NCBI GenBank assembly: GCA_964373765.1
Contig: CAYJVZ010000002.1
Location: 1 to 47,890, forward strand
DNA: 47,890 bases
Source: an uncultured Candidatus Saccharibacteria bacterium
Lineage (GTDB): Bacteria > Patescibacteriota > Minisyncoccia > Phycocordibacterales > 01-FULL-45-15b
Direction: 5' to 3'
Shown here: one piece after another, positions 44,082-47,890 of the stretch
How the letters are laid out: each line of letters starts with the position of its first letter
Position numbering within the stretch: position 1 is the first letter of the stretch
Position numbers and translations under genes: made by a program
The notes under the pieces: model-generated
Databases searched by the model: none
Seen by the model: the letters and a program-made list of their open reading frames with translations, nothing else
What the model was told of the DNA's origin: nothing

Positions 44082-46397
44082 TTACCTTAATAGGCGGAGA
44101 ACAGTAAATAAAATTGATGTGTCAATTGCCTTAAAGACTTCGTATTTGCCTTTACCTTCTTTTATTTTATCAATAAATTTATTTACTTCTTTTGTGACTT
44201 TATCAGCCTTAGACTTATTTATATGCTTAATCAATTCATTAAGTTTTTTTATGAAGTGGCTGGCGAGTTTATCATCAAAGCCAAATGATATGATTTCACT
44301 CTTTGCTCTCTCCAGCAATCTTAGAGAATCGATCTCTCCATCCGGAAACATGATCGTATCAATAATTCCATCGCCCTCATCATCAAGTTCAATGATAGGA
44401 ATATCATTTGTGCTCCCAAGAATGACTCTGGCGGTTGTGGAAGCGTTCACTGGCAGATTGCTAAATATATAAGAATTGTCAATTTCATCTCCGGATGTAT
44501 GGGCCACTTCAAGAGTAAACAGTCCCTCATCTTCGCCCTGAAGCACGATTTGATACGATCCATTGCTGTCAATATTCACGTATTTGCTTTCGCCAATAAG
44601 CAAAAATGAACTGTTTGGTATGTCCTCGTCAATTATCGGAAAATCAACATCAAAATCAGTGGTAGTGGAAATTCCGACATGATTGCCAAATTCGTCGTAG
44701 ACATCAATTGATACTGGCGAGTGAACGGATAGTTCTGTCCACTTTAACTGCTTTTCGTCTCGAATGCTCGGCACAGAATCAAATATGTGTTCAGGCAGAA
44801 TATCAACGCCTGTTAGAATATTTTCTAATAGAGACTGCACTGATTTAATCTCCAGTATTGAGCTGTGTTTTCTGTTCTCGTCGCGCTTAACGTTACTAGA
44901 ATTAATATCAATGTAATAAGTTTTATCAGCTATATGATTAGCACTCGGTGAGACTACCTTCTCGTCTCCGCCAACTCTAAACACTGGTTGATGATCTAAT
45001 TCTGCTCCCTCTCTAAGATATTTTATCTGGCTGACTGTTTTCAAACCCCATCCAACAATTTGAATAGTGTAAGTTGTGCTTGCCTCTGACCAGTTTTCAT
45101 GAACGGCATGCGAAGATGTGGCCATGTCAATAAAATTTCTGCCAAGAACATTTGGCGTTGTGACATCTCTTTCCTCTGGCTCAAGCCTGCTTCCAAATTC
45201 TCCCGTTAGAAAACTAAATAGGCTTGTGGACGAGGTGATGGCGGGCTCATAGTTTGCAGCCGCTGGAAAAATACTTTTAGCGCTTGGCTCAAATGAGATT
45301 ACTGGGGTGGCAACTTTATCGAAATATCCTTTAAGAGGAATAAGCTCATAGGCGCTAGGCATGTTTTCGGCAAGTCCGCGAATAATATTTCTTTTGTCTA
45401 ATGAATCGTTACGTAAAAGATCTCCGTGAAGCAAAGCTAAAAGAGAATCAGGTGTGCCCAATTGCGGCACGGCTACTAAAATCACTCTGTCAATAAGGCT
45501 TGCTCTGCCTGTTTCCTCCAGATATCGCATTAATTCCTTCGCTACTAGTCCGCCGTAACTGTGGGCGAATATCGTCACTTTTCCCGTATTAGATGTCGTC
45601 GCTAATCTTTCCACTTCTTCATCCAAGTAAACAGTCCTATCTCTAAGTCTAGCTCCAGCAAAATCTTCTGATGGCGGCTCTTCAAACACGTTGTTGTAAT
45701 ATAATTGAAACCTTGCTCCGATCTCAATATCTACAATGTCTCCTAGCACGCGGATTCTAAAACTATCGCTCGCTGTTCCGCCGGGGCCAGAACAGGTCAA
45801 GGTGTAGGTTTGGCTTGAAGAAAGAGGTCCGATTCGCAGAAATCCAGATGTTGGTTTATCTCCGCTCCATCCCCCGCTCGCCACGCAGGAATCCGCGTTC
45901 GTTGATGACCAAAAAAGATTATTGAAGCCTCCTCTAAAAACAGTGTGACGGCTTGCAATGATATCAACTGTCGGCGCCGGCGCTTCTCTTTGACGCACAA
46001 TATCCTCGATGCCATATCGCCAGTCATAAGGAAAAGCTGACCATTCGTTAATTATTCCATCGCTTACAATCCTTTTCATAAAAGTGGAAAATCCTTTGTA
46101 AATTTCAAAACTTGAAGTTTCATCTATGATATCTCTAGTGTAAATATTCTGCTCAATACTGTTTCCATCGTTATCTAGAAATAACTGTCTTACATCATTT
46201 CTTCTATTAGGAACCCATAATTCATTCTCTGACAATAAACCTTCTTTATAGAGTCTGCTTCCCATAAGTCCGGGGATAAATAGCACATTAGAAGCAAGAG
46301 TTTGAGCTTCGGCTGTCTCCAAAATGCCAGATGGCCCTATAAATATAGAGAGCGTAATGCTAGCTATTAGAAACAAACTAATGGTTTTGTTTTTCAT
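44082..46397 (-). CDS. secreted LCAT/PGAP1-like alpha/beta-hydrolase (lipase/acyltransferase) with inserted Ig-like domain
   Basis: Signal peptide, IPGLMGSRL, PYDWRYG and nucleophile elbow FAHSYGG. About 120-aa insert with SGGWSGDKPTSG...TYTLTCSGPGG between YDWR and the elbow. About 480-aa C-terminal region of unknown function. Confidence 0.65.
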   Translation of the reverse strand: MKNKTISLFLIASITLSIFIGPSGILETAEAQTLASNVLFIPGLMGSRLYKEGLLSENELWVPNRRNDVRQLFLDNDGNSIEQNIYTRDIIDETSSFEIYKGFSTFMKRIVSDGIINEWSAFPYDWRYGIEDIVRQREAPAPTVDIIASRHTVFRGGFNNLFWSSTNADSCVASGGWSGDKPTSGFLRIGPLSSSQTYTLTCSGPGGTASDSFRIRVLGDIVDIEIGARFQLYYNNVFEEPPSEDFAGARLRDRTVYLDEEVERLATTSNTGKVTIFAHSYGGLVAKELMRYLEETGRASLIDRVILVAVPQLGTPDSLLALLHGDLLRNDSLDKRNIIRGLAENMPSAYELIPLKGYFDKVATPVISFEPSAKSIFPAAANYEPAITSSTSLFSFLTGEFGSRLEPEERDVTTPNVLGRNFIDMATSSHAVHENWSEASTTYTIQIVGWGLKTVSQIKYLREGAELDHQPVFRVGGDEKVVSPSANHIADKTYYIDINSSNVKRDENRKHSSILEIKSVQSLLENILTGVDILPEHIFDSVPSIRDEKQLKWTELSVHSPVSIDVYDEFGNHVGISTTTDFDVDFPIIDEDIPNSSFLLIGESKYVNIDSNGSYQIVLQGEDEGLFTLEVAHTSGDEIDNSYIFSNLPVNASTTARVILGSTNDIPIIELDDEGDGIIDTIMFPDGEIDSLRLLERAKSEIISFGFDDKLASHFIKKLNELIKHINKSKADKVTKEVNKFIDKIKEGKGKYEVFKAIDTSILFTVLRLLR

Positions 46398-46436
46398 CTT
46401 TCAATACTACACAGATTTACAAATGAGACAACTTTA

Positions 46437-46871
46437 TTATAAATAAATCTTTTTCTTCTTGTCTCTGATGTATTTCCACATAATGATCGCAGATTTAACT
46501 AAAATGATAATTGTGAAGATTATTCCATACAGACTAGTGAGTAGCCTAAGTATAGCTATTCTGCCTTCATCAAAAATTGTTGCTAGTCCAAATCCAAAAA
46601 TCCCCCCACCCCAACCATAAGGATCAGTCATAGCGATCCAAATTGCCGCAATGGGTATGTACCAAATGGCAAAATCCTTCCAAGCCTTATAGAAACTATT
46701 TGGTAAAAACACCAAAATTAAAAAAGTGATGAGTAGCGCGCTTCCCCCAAAAAATAGCGGGCCACCTATGCCGCCATGATAAACATCCGTTATTTCCGAA
46801 TATATATAACCAAAGACCGCAATAAGCAGGGCAATTCCAGCGATGATCAACATTTTCTTCCTATGATTCAT
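46437..46871 (-). CDS. small 4-TM membrane protein, paralogue 1
   Basis: 144 aa. Shares FLPxxFYKxWKxFxxWxIP...DPYGxGG with the neighbouring ORF. Confidence 0.6.
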   Translation of the reverse strand: MNHRKKMLIIAGIALLIAVFGYIYSEITDVYHGGIGGPLFFGGSALLITFLILVFLPNSFYKAWKDFAIWYIPIAAIWIAMTDPYGWGGGIFGFGLATIFDEGRIAILRLLTSLYGIIFTIIILVKSAIIMWKYIRDKKKKIYL

Positions 46872-46877
46872 ATATAT

Positions 46878-46907
46878 ATTATCTCGCGATATTTATAGTC
46901 CTGTAAA
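46878..46907 (-). promoter_or_regulatory. candidate leaderless-type promoter
   Basis: Minus strand: TTTACA (46902-46907)-18nt-GATAAT (46878-46883)-atatat-ATG. Confidence 0.4.
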
Positions 46908-46921
46908 CACCTCTGTTACTA

Positions 46922-47332
46922 TTAACTCCCGCCATGTGATTTTCGCCAGCGAGGCCAAATGGACTTAAAAATAATCAGGAGTGCCGTTATAATACTGTAA
47001 AGAATCGCCGAACCAAATGCTATATCTTCTCGAGTATCAAAGACGCCAAGTTCAAAACCGCCTCGACCATACGGATCTGCCGCGATTGTCAGAATTATTA
47101 TAAGAGGTATAAACCAGAGGGTAAATTTCTTCCATGATTTATAGAAGTGATCCGGCAAAAAATAAAAGACCATAAATATTATCGGCAATGGCAGGCTTAA
47201 GAGAAATAGCGGAATCCATATAATAGAGTCATAATATTGACTATAAGAGGGTCTCATATAAATCCCGAATACTACGACGGTGATGGCAAGCGATACTTGG
47301 GCAAGTCTGGCCATCTTTTTTTTATGCGTCAT
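46922..47332 (-). CDS. small 4-TM membrane protein, paralogue 2
   Basis: 136 aa. Same motif set as 46437..46871. Confidence 0.6.
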   Translation of the reverse strand: MTHKKKMARLAQVSLAITVVVFGIYMRPSYSQYYDSIIWIPLFLLSLPLPIIFMVFYFLPDHFYKSWKKFTLWFIPLIIILTIAADPYGRGGFELGVFDTREDIAFGSAILYSIITALLIIFKSIWPRWRKSHGGS

Positions 47333-47338
47333 GGTTAT

Positions 47339-47367
47339 ATTATCTCGCAGTAAGATTGGTATTGCAA
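47339..47367 (-). promoter_or_regulatory. candidate leaderless-type promoter
   Basis: Minus strand: TTGCAA (47362-47367)-17nt-GATAAT (47339-47344)-ataacc-ATG. GCGAGATAATATA is shared with the paralogue 1 upstream region. Confidence 0.4.
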
Positions 47368-47803
47368 TGATTTATTTGAGGAGCAGTGCTTAACCAATTG
47401 CAAGAAATAGCCCTAATTTACAAAGCCTATTCGAGATTTCTCGCAGAATGCTGGCTGACCACATTTCCATACATGATCTCATTTCCACGATTCTATTTTC
47501 CATTTCTCCATTTTTTTTTGAATAAGCCGATAAAGTGCCTTAACTTGCACAGCTCTTCAAAATAGAATATGCCATTGGACTGGCGCCGTAAATCAAACAG
47601 GAATCTCATGCGTGACGCCCATCTTCCTCAAACTTACAGCACTATTGGTGCCAAAACTGCATTTGTTTCTGTTTACACGCCTGATAATCCAGCTACGCCA
47701 GCCATAGATCCGGTTTTAGCCGGCGTTGCTAGTCAACAGCCCCAGACTTACAAATAGAAGCCTTACGCTTACAAATAAACCCCCGCCCGCCTACCTTCCC
47801 TCT

Positions 47804-47890
47804 TTATTCGCTTATTCGTACGAATGGTACAATATAAGTGCAATAGTGATACAATAGTAGCGCGATAGTATGAGAGAATTCGAAATAATT
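47804..47890 (+). repeat. direct repeat copy B (ArsR-type promoter/operator and 5' end), truncated by the window edge
   Basis: See copy A. Confidence 0.85.
47870..47890 (+). CDS. ArsR/SmtB-family regulator, 5' end only (partial at window edge)
   Basis: ATG AGA GAA TTC GAA ATA ATT is identical to the first 7 codons of 43902..44045. Confidence 0.5.

Overview
The window is about 37-40% GC by eye. Most of it is co-directional minus-strand housekeeping genes. In window order these are rpoD, dnaG, rpoC, rpoB, trmD, a KH-domain protein, rpsP, rnr (the only one of these on the plus strand), smc, rnc, a nusB-Nudix fusion and rpmF. Further along are rnhB, dnaE, gyrB, pheT, pheS, a PBP5-like carboxypeptidase, scpB, scpA, aspS, an ABC exporter and trpS. 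Several proteins are domain-reduced: SMC is short with no visible hinge, PheS lacks its N-terminal arm, PheT lacks the OB domain, and AspRS lacks the GAD insert. Together with the sortase and large surface proteins, this suggests a reduced-genome bacterium, possibly Patescibacteria/CPR-like; that assignment is inference only. I found no rRNA, tRNA or CRISPR array. There are three accessory patches. (1) 19.3-22.3 kb is the most interesting. A visibly GC-richer insert (about 47-65% GC per line) lies between rpmF and rnhB. It holds four orphan ORFs, namely an HTH protein, two unknowns and a weakly MazF-like protein. They are organised as [gene(s)-terminator-R] twice, where R is a roughly 320-bp non-coding, hairpin-dense direct repeat. 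The R core is 280 bp, identical in both copies, and the copies are exactly 2,200 bp apart. The R palindrome unit also occurs at 12.0 kb. The insert carries further internal conserved non-coding modules, one with a compensatory base change. (2) 26.2-31.0 kb encodes an 899-aa modular surface protein with an internal IPYTG sorting signal followed by a 167-aa tail, next to a sortase and a CARDB-like protein. (3) 43.8-47.9 kb is a 4-kb block holding an LCAT-like lipase and two paralogous membrane proteins. It is bracketed by two copies of an ArsR-type promoter/operator/5' coding segment, and the first copy encodes a truncated regulator. A compact IS200-like element with an in-frame stop abuts the pheS start.
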